DNA from: a bacterium
GTDB lineage: Bacteria > Bacteroidota > Bacteroidia > Bacteroidales > Paludibacteraceae
NCBI GenBank assembly: GCA_963591775.1
Contig: CAVATM010000010.1
Span: 27,727-91,726, forward strand
DNA length: 64,000 bases
Direction of reading: 5' to 3'
The notes under the pieces are model-generated. The model made no database searches, had not been told where the DNA came from, and saw only the letters and a list, made by a program, of their open reading frames with translations. A program made the translations under genes and the position numbers. How positions within the stretch are numbered: position 1 is the first letter of the stretch; each line of letters opens with the position of its first letter. Below are positions 30,081 through 39,168 of this stretch, one piece after another.

Positions 30081-30866
30081 ATGACAACTCTTACCACTGC
30101 ATCCGCCAAAGGTCGTCGAGCCATGATTCTCAATCTATTGGAGAACAGCAACGAAGTATCCGTAACCGAATTGAGCCAAACGCTTCACACTTCGGAAGTA
30201 ACCATTCGGAAAGACCTCACAATTCTCCAGAATCGAAACCTTCTTATCCGTACACGAGGCGGTGCAATCCGTCGTCCTGTGGAGAACCAAAACGAGGACA
30301 CGGCTATTGCCCAGAAACGGATGTTCAACTTCAAAGAAAAAGAAAAAATCGGTATTTTGGCGACCAAACTTATCGAGGATGGCGACAACATTATGCTCGA
30401 TTCCGGCACCACGACGCTTGAGATTGCCAAACATCTCGACCGTTTCACCAACCTGACCATCTTGACCAATGCCATGAATATCGCCACCGAACTGATGCGT
30501 TACAAGCGCTTCACGGTTATTATCCTGGGTGGCCATGTGCGCATCAACAGCCACTCCACGGTAGGGCCTCTTGCTCTTAGTACGCTCAACAATTTCTCGA
30601 ATTACAAACTCTTCCTCGGTGTGGATTCGTTCTCTCTTGAGGAGGGCATATCTACCCCGAGTCTTGAGGAGGCCATGCTCAACCAAGCCATGATAGAGCG
30701 TGCTCAGCAGACCATTGCAGTTTTCGATTCTTCGAAATTCAACAAGCGCAGTTTCTGCCATATTGTGAATGTGGATAAGATACAAGCCATCGTCACCGAC
30801 CACGGACTCCCGCAGGGCATGTCCACTCGCCTCCACGACCAAAACATCCGCCTCTACCTCGCATAG
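30081..30866 (+). CDS. DeoR-family transcriptional regulator (AgaR-like)
   Basis: N-terminal wHTH (VSVTELSQTLHTSEVTIRKDL) plus a DeoR C-terminal sugar-phosphate sensor domain. It is divergent from the agaS operon. The start was moved to the ATG at 30081, downstream of the -7 box. Confidence 0.85.
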   Translation: MTTLTTASAKGRRAMILNLLENSNEVSVTELSQTLHTSEVTIRKDLTILQNRNLLIRTRGGAIRRPVENQNEDTAIAQKRMFNFKEKEKIGILATKLIEDGDNIMLDSGTTTLEIAKHLDRFTNLTILTNAMNIATELMRYKRFTVIILGGHVRINSHSTVGPLALSTLNNFSNYKLFLGVDSFSLEEGISTPSLEEAMLNQAMIERAQQTIAVFDSSKFNKRSFCHIVNVDKIQAIVTDHGLPQGMSTRLHDQNIRLYLA

Positions 30867-31012
30867 TATCCATAACGCATCGTATTCCCAACACAGAATA
30901 ATCGTATTCATAATACGGAATAAAGTATTCCCAATACAGAATAATCGTATTCATAACACAGAATAATAGTGTTCCTAATACAGAATATTTTGTATCATAT
31001 TTACAATGCATT
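30866..31012. repeat. tandem array of 21-23-bp units (GTATTC-N8-9-GAATA), higher-order 43-44-bp period
   Basis: Units start at 30882, 30904, 30925, 30947 and 30969 (plus degenerate flanking units). Units 1 and 3, and units 2 and 4, are nearly identical. Confidence 0.85.
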
Positions 31013-31150
31013 GTATTTGCGTTGATAAAAAACATCCACCCACAAAACACGCACGCCCCACCCACCCATTTTCCTCCTTCCACTATCGAACCTGCGTCGA
31101 ATCACCTTCGAACCACCTACGAACCAGCGTCGAACCACCTACAAGTCGGC

Positions 31151-31194
31151 ATCGCGTGATTATCGCGTGATTATCGCGTGATTAACGCGTTATT
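31151..31194. repeat. 11-bp tandem repeat ATCGCGTGATT x3 plus one degenerate unit
   Basis: Three perfect copies, then AACGCGTTATT. Confidence 0.9.
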
Positions 31195-31372
31195 CCCGAA
31201 CCGGTTCCGAACCAACTTCCTACCCAAGAGCCACCCGAAAGCCGTCAAAGAGCCACCTGTATGCCCCCGACACCACGCCATCCTACTACCTCAACAAGCC
31301 TCCGAAACACCCTACACCCTCACTCTCCCTGCATTTTATCGCGCCTTGCTTGTGTATGTAGCAAAAAAGTCG

Positions 31373-31380
31373 TAACTTTG
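31373..31380 (+). promoter_or_regulatory. -7 box TAACTTTG for fumarate hydratase
   Basis: Exact TAnnTTTG match. It overrides the ORF-track start at 31391. Confidence 0.5.
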
Positions 31381-31474
31381 CAGCCGTTCTGTGCCATGCT
31401 CCGAGCAACCTATCGCCTTATGGGAGCAGCACCACAGATATAGATTGTTAATTCTAAACTGTTATATTGAATAT

Positions 31475-33115
31475 ATGGAATTCAAGTATGCGCCGATGTT
31501 CCAACTCGGCAAAGATGAAACAGAGTATTACCTGCTGACCAAAGACTATGTATCAGTAGGCGAGTTCGAAGGAAAGCCCATCCTGAAAATCGAGAAGGAG
31601 GGTCTTACACGCATGGCTCAACAGGCCTTTCACGATGTCAGTTTCATGCTGCGTCGCTCGCACAACGAGCAGGTAGCCAAGATATTACGCGACCCGGAGG
31701 CTAGTGCCAACGACAAGTATGTTGCGCTCACGTTCCTTCGCAATGCCGAAGTTGCGTGCAAGGGGCAACTACCTCTCTGCCAAGATACAGGAACGGCCAT
31801 CGTACACGGCGAGAAAGGGCAACAGGTCTGGACAGGCTACTCCGACGAGGAGGCGCTCAGCCACGGTGTCTATAACACCTATACGCAGGACAACCTCCGC
31901 TATTCGCAGAACGCACCGCTGTCCATGTACGAAGAAGTCAATACTAAATGCAACTTGCCCGCACAGATAGACATCGAGGCCACCGAAGGTATGGAATATC
32001 GCTTCCTCTGTGTTACCAAGGGTGGCGGTTCTGCCAACAAGACCTATCTCTATCAGGAAACCAAAGCGCGCATCCAAAATCCGGGCACGCTGATTCCATT
32101 CTTGGTGGAGAAAATGAAAAGCCTGGGTACTGCAGCCTGCCCTCCTTACCACATCGCTATTGTGATAGGCGGCACGAGCGCCGAGAAGAACCTGCTCACG
32201 GTCAAACTCGCATCCACTCACTACTATGATTCGCTGCCCACAACAGGCGACGAGACTGGTCGTGCTTTCCGTGATATTGAGTTGGAGAAGCAACTGCTGC
32301 AAGAGGCGTATAAGATTGGCCTCGGAGCGCAGTTTGGCGGTAAGTATATGGCACACGATGTACGCGTCGTTCGTCTTCCCCGCCACGGAGCAAGTTGCCC
32401 TATCGGCTTAGGCGTCAGCTGCTCAGCAGACCGCAACATCAAATGCAAAATCAACAAGGACGGCATTTGGATTGAGCGCATGGACAACAATCCGGGCAGC
32501 CTTATTCCTGCCGAATTGCGTCAAGCAGGCGAGGGCGACGCCGTACGCATCGACCTCAATCAACCCATGCGTGATGTTTGCAACATTCTGACACAATACC
32601 CCATCGGCACACGCTTGTCGCTCAATGGTACGATCATCGTAGGTCGTGATATTGCTCATGCGAAAATCAAAGCACGCTTGGACGCAGGCGAACCAATGCC
32701 GGACTATCTCAAGAACCACCCTATCTACTATGCCGGTCCAGCCAAGACCCCGGCAGGTATGGCGTGCGGCTCTATGGGCCCCACTACAGCAGGGCGCATG
32801 GATCCGTATGTCGATGAGTTCCAAGACCATGGCGGTTCTCTCATTATGCTTGCCAAGGGCAACCGCTCTATAGATGTCACCAATGCTTGCCAAAAGCACG
32901 GAGGGTTCTATCTCGGCTCTATTGGCGGCCCTGCAGCCATCTTGGCACAAGAAAATATCAAGTCCATTGAGTGCGTGGAGTATCCGGAGTTAGGTATGGA
33001 GGCTATCTGGAAAATTGAAGTGGAGAACTTCCCTGCATTCATCTTGGTGGACGATAAGGGCAACGACTTCTTCAAGCAGCTCAAGCCTTGCACAGGCTGC
33101 ACCATACTCAATTAG
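31475..33115 (+). CDS. class I (Fe-S) fumarate hydratase
   Basis: About 546 aa. [16 protein letters not shown] and GPTTAGRMD motifs indicate fused alpha/beta domains. Confidence 0.9.
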   Translation: MEFKYAPMFQLGKDETEYYLLTKDYVSVGEFEGKPILKIEKEGLTRMAQQAFHDVSFMLRRSHNEQVAKILRDPEASANDKYVALTFLRNAEVACKGQLPLCQDTGTAIVHGEKGQQVWTGYSDEEALSHGVYNTYTQDNLRYSQNAPLSMYEEVNTKCNLPAQIDIEATEGMEYRFLCVTKGGGSANKTYLYQETKARIQNPGTLIPFLVEKMKSLGTAACPPYHIAIVIGGTSAEKNLLTVKLASTHYYDSLPTTGDETGRAFRDIELEKQLLQEAYKIGLGAQFGGKYMAHDVRVVRLPRHGASCPIGLGVSCSADRNIKCKINKDGIWIERMDNNPGSLIPAELRQAGEGDAVRIDLNQPMRDVCNILTQYPIGTRLSLNGTIIVGRDIAHAKIKARLDAGEPMPDYLKNHPIYYAGPAKTPAGMACGSMGPTTAGRMDPYVDEFQDHGGSLIMLAKGNRSIDVTNACQKHGGFYLGSIGGPAAILAQENIKSIECVEYPELGMEAIWKIEVENFPAFILVDDKGNDFFKQLKPCTGCTILN

Positions 33116-33158
33116 TAACGGAACGGGAAGGGTTCGTCGAATCAGAACAGAACGAAGT

Positions 33159-33998
33159 ATGGACAATCAAAAACAACAGAGTTTCTGGCAACGCATACGC
33201 CACAAGTATCGAATAGCGGTTCTCGACGAGAGGACGCTCAACGAGCGGTGGCATATTCGACTCAGCGGCTTGGGTACACTCAGTGTGCTGTTCTTGTTGT
33301 TTCTCCTTACATTGGCTGTGTTCTCTCTGTTAATAGTCTATACACCGATACGAACCGTTCTTCCGGGCTACAGCGAAGACATCCGTCGCCAACTGATCGT
33401 GGAGTCCGCACGGGTGGATTCTATTGAGACCTCGCTCGATATACAGCGTCAGTACCTTGATGTCATCAAGCAGATTACCGCCGGCGAAGTACAATCCGAT
33501 TCCATACCGCACATCGACTCGGTACAAATCGTTGCCCATGAAAAGATTCTCCAAGAGGCAAAGAACGATGCCCTTGCAGAGTTTATGGCGCAGTACGAAG
33601 AGAAGGAGAAAGACAATCTCTCGCTGTTTGATATACAGCAGAATCAGCCTATTATCAGCCTCTTCCGTCCTGTGCGGGGAGCAGTATTGACGCATAGCCA
33701 ACCCGAACACGGGAAATATGCCGTTCTCCTGCGTACCACCGACCACGAGAATGTCTGCTCCGTCTTATCGGGCACACTTATCTATGCCTCGCACGAGTTA
33801 GACAACACCCATACTGTTGTCGTGCAGCACCAAGACTATGTCAGCATCTATCGGGGTGTCGAGTCCGTACTCAAGCCAATAGGCAGTGCCGTGCAGTCCG
33901 GCGAGACCATTGCCCTTATGGGTGCCGAAGGTACTCTCGCGTTCGAGTTATGGCGCAATGGACAATCTATCAATCCCGAAGAGGTTATTGCTTTCTAA
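33159..33998 (+). CDS. M23-family peptidoglycan metalloendopeptidase (membrane-anchored)
   Basis: TM helix LSVLFLLFLLTLAVFSLLIV and a C-terminal M23-like beta domain (HTVVVQHQDYVSIY...GETIA). Confidence 0.7.
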   Translation: MDNQKQQSFWQRIRHKYRIAVLDERTLNERWHIRLSGLGTLSVLFLLFLLTLAVFSLLIVYTPIRTVLPGYSEDIRRQLIVESARVDSIETSLDIQRQYLDVIKQITAGEVQSDSIPHIDSVQIVAHEKILQEAKNDALAEFMAQYEEKEKDNLSLFDIQQNQPIISLFRPVRGAVLTHSQPEHGKYAVLLRTTDHENVCSVLSGTLIYASHELDNTHTVVVQHQDYVSIYRGVESVLKPIGSAVQSGETIALMGAEGTLAFELWRNGQSINPEEVIAF

Positions 33999-34013
33999 CA
34001 ACGCACATACAAA

Positions 34014-35174
34014 GTGAATAAAAAACAAATTGCCATATTAGGCAGCACAGGCAGCATCGGCACGCAGACTTTGGATGTGGTACGCAACCACCCCGAGCGT
34101 TTCGAGGTCTATGCGTTGTCGGCACATCGCAGTATCGATCGTTTGATACAGCAGGCACGCGAGTTTCACCCCGAAGTGGTGTGCATTGCCGACGAGACAC
34201 TCTACGAGCCGTTGCGGGATGCCTTATCCGACTTACCTATTAAGGTATGGGCTGGAACAGAGGCCATTGCCGATATGGTCACTATGCCTACCATCGATGT
34301 CGTGGTGGCAGCCATGGTGGGGTATGCCGGTTTGCGCCCGACGATAGCGGCTATCTGCGCCGGCAAAACCATAGCGCTTGCCAACAAGGAAACCTTGGTG
34401 GTAGCCGGCGACATTATTTGTCGGTTAGCCCAAGAGCATCATACCCCCATTCTTCCTGTCGATAGCGAACATTCGGCTATTTTCCAATCTCTCGTAGGCG
34501 AAGGCAACAACGAGATCGAAAAGATATTGCTCACCGCAAGCGGGGGTCCGTTCCGTACCTTCTCGCTGGAACAGATGCGCACCGTTACAGCGGCGCAAGC
34601 ATTGCGGCACCCCAATTGGGATATGGGAGCCAAAATAACCATCGACTCCGCCAGTATGATGAACAAGGGATTTGAGGTCATCGAAGCAAAGTGGTTGTTC
34701 GGTGTATCGGTTGACAATATTCAGGTGCTTGTTCACCCGCAGTCCATAGTCCATTCTGCGGTGCAGTTTGCGGATGGAGCCGTCAAAGCCCAACTCGGCA
34801 CACCGGATATGCACTTGCCTATTCAGTATGCTCTTACCTACCCGGAGCGTATCAACAACCCTTCCGAGAGGCTCGACTTGTTTCAGGCAAAAAATCTTAC
34901 TTTCGAAGCCCCCGATCCCGAACGATTCCCGAACCTACTCCTTGCTTACGAGGCAACCAAACAGGGCGGGAACATGCCATGTGTGCTGAATGCAGCCAAC
35001 GAAGTCGTTAATCTCGCCTTCCGTGAGGGCAAGTGTGGCTTTCTGCAGATGTCGGATGTGATAGCCGCCACGCTCCGGCGTGCCGACTATATCCCCGCTC
35101 CCACCTACGAGGACTATGTCGCCACCGACCAATCCGCCCGTCGTATCGCCGCAGAGCTGTTGGCTCATTCCTAA
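34014..35174 (+). CDS. dxr: 1-deoxy-D-xylulose-5-phosphate reductoisomerase
   Basis: ILGSTGSIGTQTLDV, LANKE, DSEHSAIFQ and NKGLE-like (NKGFEVIEA) motifs. Confidence 0.95.
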   Translation: MNKKQIAILGSTGSIGTQTLDVVRNHPERFEVYALSAHRSIDRLIQQAREFHPEVVCIADETLYEPLRDALSDLPIKVWAGTEAIADMVTMPTIDVVVAAMVGYAGLRPTIAAICAGKTIALANKETLVVAGDIICRLAQEHHTPILPVDSEHSAIFQSLVGEGNNEIEKILLTASGGPFRTFSLEQMRTVTAAQALRHPNWDMGAKITIDSASMMNKGFEVIEAKWLFGVSVDNIQVLVHPQSIVHSAVQFADGAVKAQLGTPDMHLPIQYALTYPERINNPSERLDLFQAKNLTFEAPDPERFPNLLLAYEATKQGGNMPCVLNAANEVVNLAFREGKCGFLQMSDVIAATLRRADYIPAPTYEDYVATDQSARRIAAELLAHS

Positions 35175-35211
35175 TTCCTAATTCGTAATTCATAATTCAT
35201 AATTAGCAACC

Positions 35212-36753
35212 ATGCAGTGGATTCAACTCATCATAGCACTTAGTTTCTTAGTCGTCATACACGAACTCGGACACTTCACCTTTGCGCGTATATTCAAGGT
35301 ACGAGTCGAGAAGTTCTATATGTTCTTCAATCCCCGAATTTCCCTGTTTCGTGCCAAGAAAGTGGACGGCAAGTGGCGTGTACGCTTCTTTGCCAAGAAT
35401 ATAGAGCCGGCTGTCGTTCCTCTGGAGGACGAGCTGACACACCAACCTAAAACAGACGAGAAAGGCAACCCGCTCTATCGCCCCATGACGGACGCAGAGC
35501 GTGCCTCGCTGCCCGAGGGAGACTGGCGACGCGACCCGGATAACACCGAGTGGGGAATCGGATGGGTACCCTTCGGCGGCTATTGCTCCATTGCGGGTAT
35601 GGTGGACGAGACCAAGTCGATTACCGACTTGCCATCAGAGCCGCAGTCATGGGAGTTCCGCTCCAAACCGGCGTGGCAACGCCTTCTGATTATCTTGGGT
35701 GGTATCTTAGTCAATTTCGTGGCAGCGTTAGTAATGTTCTCCGTCCTGATAGGACATTGGGGAACCGACACACTGCCTCTCCGCAACATAGACTCTGGGT
35801 TGTACTATTCCGAGATACTGCAGCAAGAGGGCTTCCGGCAGCACGACAAGATACTGACTATCAACGGACAAGAACCGCAAGAACTATCCGATGTGGTGCA
35901 ATGGCTGATTATCGAGGGCAAACAGAATGTCGTGGTGCAGCGTGGAGAAGACACACTTTGTCTGGTGATGTCGAAGGACTTGGGCACGCGCTACTTAGCA
36001 GCACAGAACGACTACGACCGTGAGGAGCGGCAGAAAGAGCATGCAGATGCCAACTATGTGCGACGCCCCTTTGTGCTGATTACAGAATTTATACCTTTTG
36101 TTATCGACTCCGTAATGCCCGGTAACGCAGCCGCTTTGGCAGGATTACAGGCAGGCGACAGCATTGTCGCTGTAGCAGGCGTACCGACACCGTGCAGCGT
36201 GCAGGTATCAGCCGAGTTGCAACATCATCCTTGCGACAGCGTAACGGTGGATTACTACCGCATGGGCGAGCGACACGAGGCGCACCTATTCATCGGAGAC
36301 CAATGCCGCTTGGGCGTCTATCAAAAGTCGAAATACGACTTCTTCCGCATCGAGCATACCGACTACTCGTTCTTTGAGGCGATTCCGGCGGGTATCTCCT
36401 ACGGATGGGATATGTTGGCAATGTATGTCAAGCAGTTCCGTTTGGTATTCACCAAAGAGGGTGCGCAGTCGGTTGGCGGCTTTGGAGCCATCGGCAATAT
36501 GTTCCCAACCTCGTGGAACTGGTATGCCTTCTGGCACATGACGGCCTTCCTGAGCCTTATCCTCGCCTTTATGAACTTCTTGCCCATACCGGCTCTCGAC
36601 GGAGGGTATATCCTCTTCCTGCTTTGGGAAATCATTACCCGCCGCAAACCAAGCGACAAATTCCTCGAAGTGGCAAACAACATCGGATTCTGGCTGCTGC
36701 TTGCCTTGCTTATCTATGCCAACGGCAACGATATATTCAAGGCATTCTTCTAA
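35212..36753 (+). CDS. rseP: RIP metalloprotease RseP (site-2 protease)
   Basis: HELGH zinc motif near the N-terminus, a PDZ-like middle region and a C-terminal NFLPIPALDGG. Confidence 0.9.
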   Translation: MQWIQLIIALSFLVVIHELGHFTFARIFKVRVEKFYMFFNPRISLFRAKKVDGKWRVRFFAKNIEPAVVPLEDELTHQPKTDEKGNPLYRPMTDAERASLPEGDWRRDPDNTEWGIGWVPFGGYCSIAGMVDETKSITDLPSEPQSWEFRSKPAWQRLLIILGGILVNFVAALVMFSVLIGHWGTDTLPLRNIDSGLYYSEILQQEGFRQHDKILTINGQEPQELSDVVQWLIIEGKQNVVVQRGEDTLCLVMSKDLGTRYLAAQNDYDREERQKEHADANYVRRPFVLITEFIPFVIDSVMPGNAAALAGLQAGDSIVAVAGVPTPCSVQVSAELQHHPCDSVTVDYYRMGERHEAHLFIGDQCRLGVYQKSKYDFFRIEHTDYSFFEAIPAGISYGWDMLAMYVKQFRLVFTKEGAQSVGGFGAIGNMFPTSWNWYAFWHMTAFLSLILAFMNFLPIPALDGGYILFLLWEIITRRKPSDKFLEVANNIGFWLLLALLIYANGNDIFKAFF

Positions 36754-36784
36754 TAGGCTAACAAAAAGTCATAAATATAACTTC

Positions 36785-37378
36785 ATGGATTCGACAAAGG
36801 ACAAAGCAGCGTTTTATGTACACCCCTCTTCGTATGTAGACGAAGGATGTACAATCGGACGGGGAACAAAAATATGGCACTTCTCGCACATTATGTCGGG
36901 CTGCGTCATTGGCGAAGACTGCAATATCGGGCAGAATGTGGTTATCTCGCCGCAAGTGGTACTGGGGCGCAACTGCAAGATACAGAACAATGTGTCGGTC
37001 TATACGGGCGTGCGCTGCGAAGACGATGTTTTCCTCGGTCCTTCTATGGTGTTCACCAATGTCATCAACCCGCGTGCTGCCGTCAGCCGCAAAGCGGAAT
37101 ATCGGGATACAATTCTCCATCAAGGCGCATCGGTCGGGGCAAATGCCACTATCGTCTGCGGACACAGTTTAGGGGCATATTGTCTTATCGGTGCAGGCTC
37201 GGTGGTGACAAAAGATGTGCCCGACTATGCTTTGATGGTGGGCAATCCTGCCCGTCGGATAGGTTGGGTGAGCCGATATGGCGAGAAATTGCATTTTGAC
37301 GAACAAGACATCGCCATCTGCCCTGCTACGGGAGAGAAATACAAATTGGAGAACGGGCGAGTAACTCTCCTCACATAA
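36785..37378 (+). CDS. hexapeptide-repeat (LbH) N-acetyltransferase, WbpD/WlbB-like
   Basis: Left-handed beta-helix repeats (IGRGTKIWHFSHI, IGEDCNIGQNVVI, ...). Confidence 0.75.
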   Translation: MDSTKDKAAFYVHPSSYVDEGCTIGRGTKIWHFSHIMSGCVIGEDCNIGQNVVISPQVVLGRNCKIQNNVSVYTGVRCEDDVFLGPSMVFTNVINPRAAVSRKAEYRDTILHQGASVGANATIVCGHSLGAYCLIGAGSVVTKDVPDYALMVGNPARRIGWVSRYGEKLHFDEQDIAICPATGEKYKLENGRVTLLT

Positions 37379-37462
37379 TCCCAACAGGGCGATACATTTC
37401 CCTGTCCTTCCACAATGATTGACAACTTATAGACTTTATTGTCTAAGCAAAAACATACAACT

Positions 37463-38068
37463 ATGATACAGAGAATACAGACCCTTTATCTGCTTTTGAT
37501 TGTTGCACTCGGCATTACGCTGTGCTTCGTGCCTGTCGTACAATTGATTACGCCCGAAGAGGCTACCCAACAACGCATGTACGAGTTGAAAGCCATCGGA
37601 CTGCACGAAGTAACCATTAACAACGAAATAGCAACAAGCAACGGGCAGGAAAATACCGAAGAGACAGTAAGCAATACCATCTCTACAGATAGGACTACGG
37701 AGACGGATGATAATGCGACTGGTACAGAGGAAACACAAAGCGTACAAAGCAAACCTACACTGAATGGGCTTTGGGGACTGCTACTGACAACACTGTGCAT
37801 TCCCGTCTTGGCCTTGGTAGATATATTCCTCTACCGCAAACGCATTCTGCAAGCACGCTTGAATATATTCCTATCGGTGCTGTGCGTGGGCTACTACGGC
37901 ATACTTGCCATGTTTGTATGGTTTGCGAAGATGAACCTCGGAACCACAGAATGGCACCTGTATGTATGGAGCGGAATACCTTTGGTATGTTTGGTGCTGA
38001 CGCTGATGGCTACCCGTCGCATACTGAAAGACGAAGCACTCGTGCGTGCCGCTGACCGTCTGCGCTAA
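37463..38068 (+). CDS. DUF4293-family membrane protein
   Basis: The MIQRIQTLYLLL N-terminus is typical of the family, and there are 4 TM segments. Confidence 0.65.
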   Translation: MIQRIQTLYLLLIVALGITLCFVPVVQLITPEEATQQRMYELKAIGLHEVTINNEIATSNGQENTEETVSNTISTDRTTETDDNATGTEETQSVQSKPTLNGLWGLLLTTLCIPVLALVDIFLYRKRILQARLNIFLSVLCVGYYGILAMFVWFAKMNLGTTEWHLYVWSGIPLVCLVLTLMATRRILKDEALVRAADRLR

Positions 38069-38130
38069 ACAACAAGCAACAGAGTACAATCACACGGATA
38101 TAAACCTGTAAATACGAATCGGATTATAAA

Positions 38131-39168
38131 ATGTTCTTAGATATAGACATCCCCACTTCGACGCCTTCTATTCCACCAACGGACTCGATTCGACAAGTGA
38201 CGGAAGAGATTATTCGACAGGCGACGACTGACCCCGAGACCTTTTGGCAAGGGGTGCTGAACAGTGCACTGCACTTTGGACTGAAAGTGATCGTGGCGTT
38301 GCTTATCTATATAATCGGAGCCTGGGTAATTCGCCGCATAAAAAAACTGCTCTTTCGCGTATTTGACAAACGCCACACCGAGCGCACACTGGCAACCTTC
38401 ATATCCTCACTGGTAAGCATCACGCTAACGGTGATGTTGGTATTGGCTACCATCGGTACCTTAGGTGTCGATACCACCTCGTTTGCTGCCTTACTAACGG
38501 CCGGAGGTATGGCGATAGGTATGGCACTATCTGGTACGGTACAAAATTTTGCCGGTGGAATTATGTTACTGATATTTCGCCCATTCAAAGCAGGCGACTT
38601 TATCAAAGCAAGCGGGGAATCGGGAACCGTAATGGAAGTAACGATAGTGTCAACCAAAATATTGACGACAGACAACCGTGTTATCATACTACCCAATGGT
38701 TCCCTATTCAGTGGGAACATTGAAAATGTATCCGCCCAACCGCTACGGCGGGTGGAATGGACAGTGAGCGTGGAATACGGAAGCGATGCACAAAAATGTA
38801 TGGATACCCTGCAAGCGATAATGCGCTCTGACAAACGTATCCTGACCCAAAAGGATAAACGCCCGAAAACAGACTCACGCTCCGCTGTGAAAACGGACAA
38901 TGTACCTATACCGGACCCCTTTGTGGCATTGGCTTCACTCAATAGCAACGATATATCATTCTTGGTGCGGGCGTGGGTACGCTCGACCGACTATTGGGAT
39001 GTATATTATGACCTCAACAAGCGATTCTACACCGAGTTGCCACAACAAGGCTTCGGATTTGCCTACCCGCATGTTGATGTCAATATCTTGAACACCACAG
39101 CAATAGACAACGCAGCCAACAAATCCGCATCAAACGGAGACACTCAGACAAATAACAAGAACGCATAG
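38131..39168 (+). CDS. mechanosensitive ion channel (MscS family)
   Basis: TM3-like GGMAIGMALSGTVQNFAGGIMLLIFRPFKAGDFI. Confidence 0.85.
   Translation: MFLDIDIPTSTPSIPPTDSIRQVTEEIIRQATTDPETFWQGVLNSALHFGLKVIVALLIYIIGAWVIRRIKKLLFRVFDKRHTERTLATFISSLVSITLTVMLVLATIGTLGVDTTSFAALLTAGGMAIGMALSGTVQNFAGGIMLLIFRPFKAGDFIKASGESGTVMEVTIVSTKILTTDNRVIILPNGSLFSGNIENVSAQPLRRVEWTVSVEYGSDAQKCMDTLQAIMRSDKRILTQKDKRPKTDSRSAVKTDNVPIPDPFVALASLNSNDISFLVRAWVRSTDYWDVYYDLNKRFYTELPQQGFGFAYPHVDVNILNTTAIDNAANKSASNGDTQTNNKNA

Noticed and set aside
30866-31194. Tandem repeat arrays considered as a CRISPR array
   Set aside because: The units are contiguous with no unique spacers, are only 11-23 bp long, and no cas genes are present.
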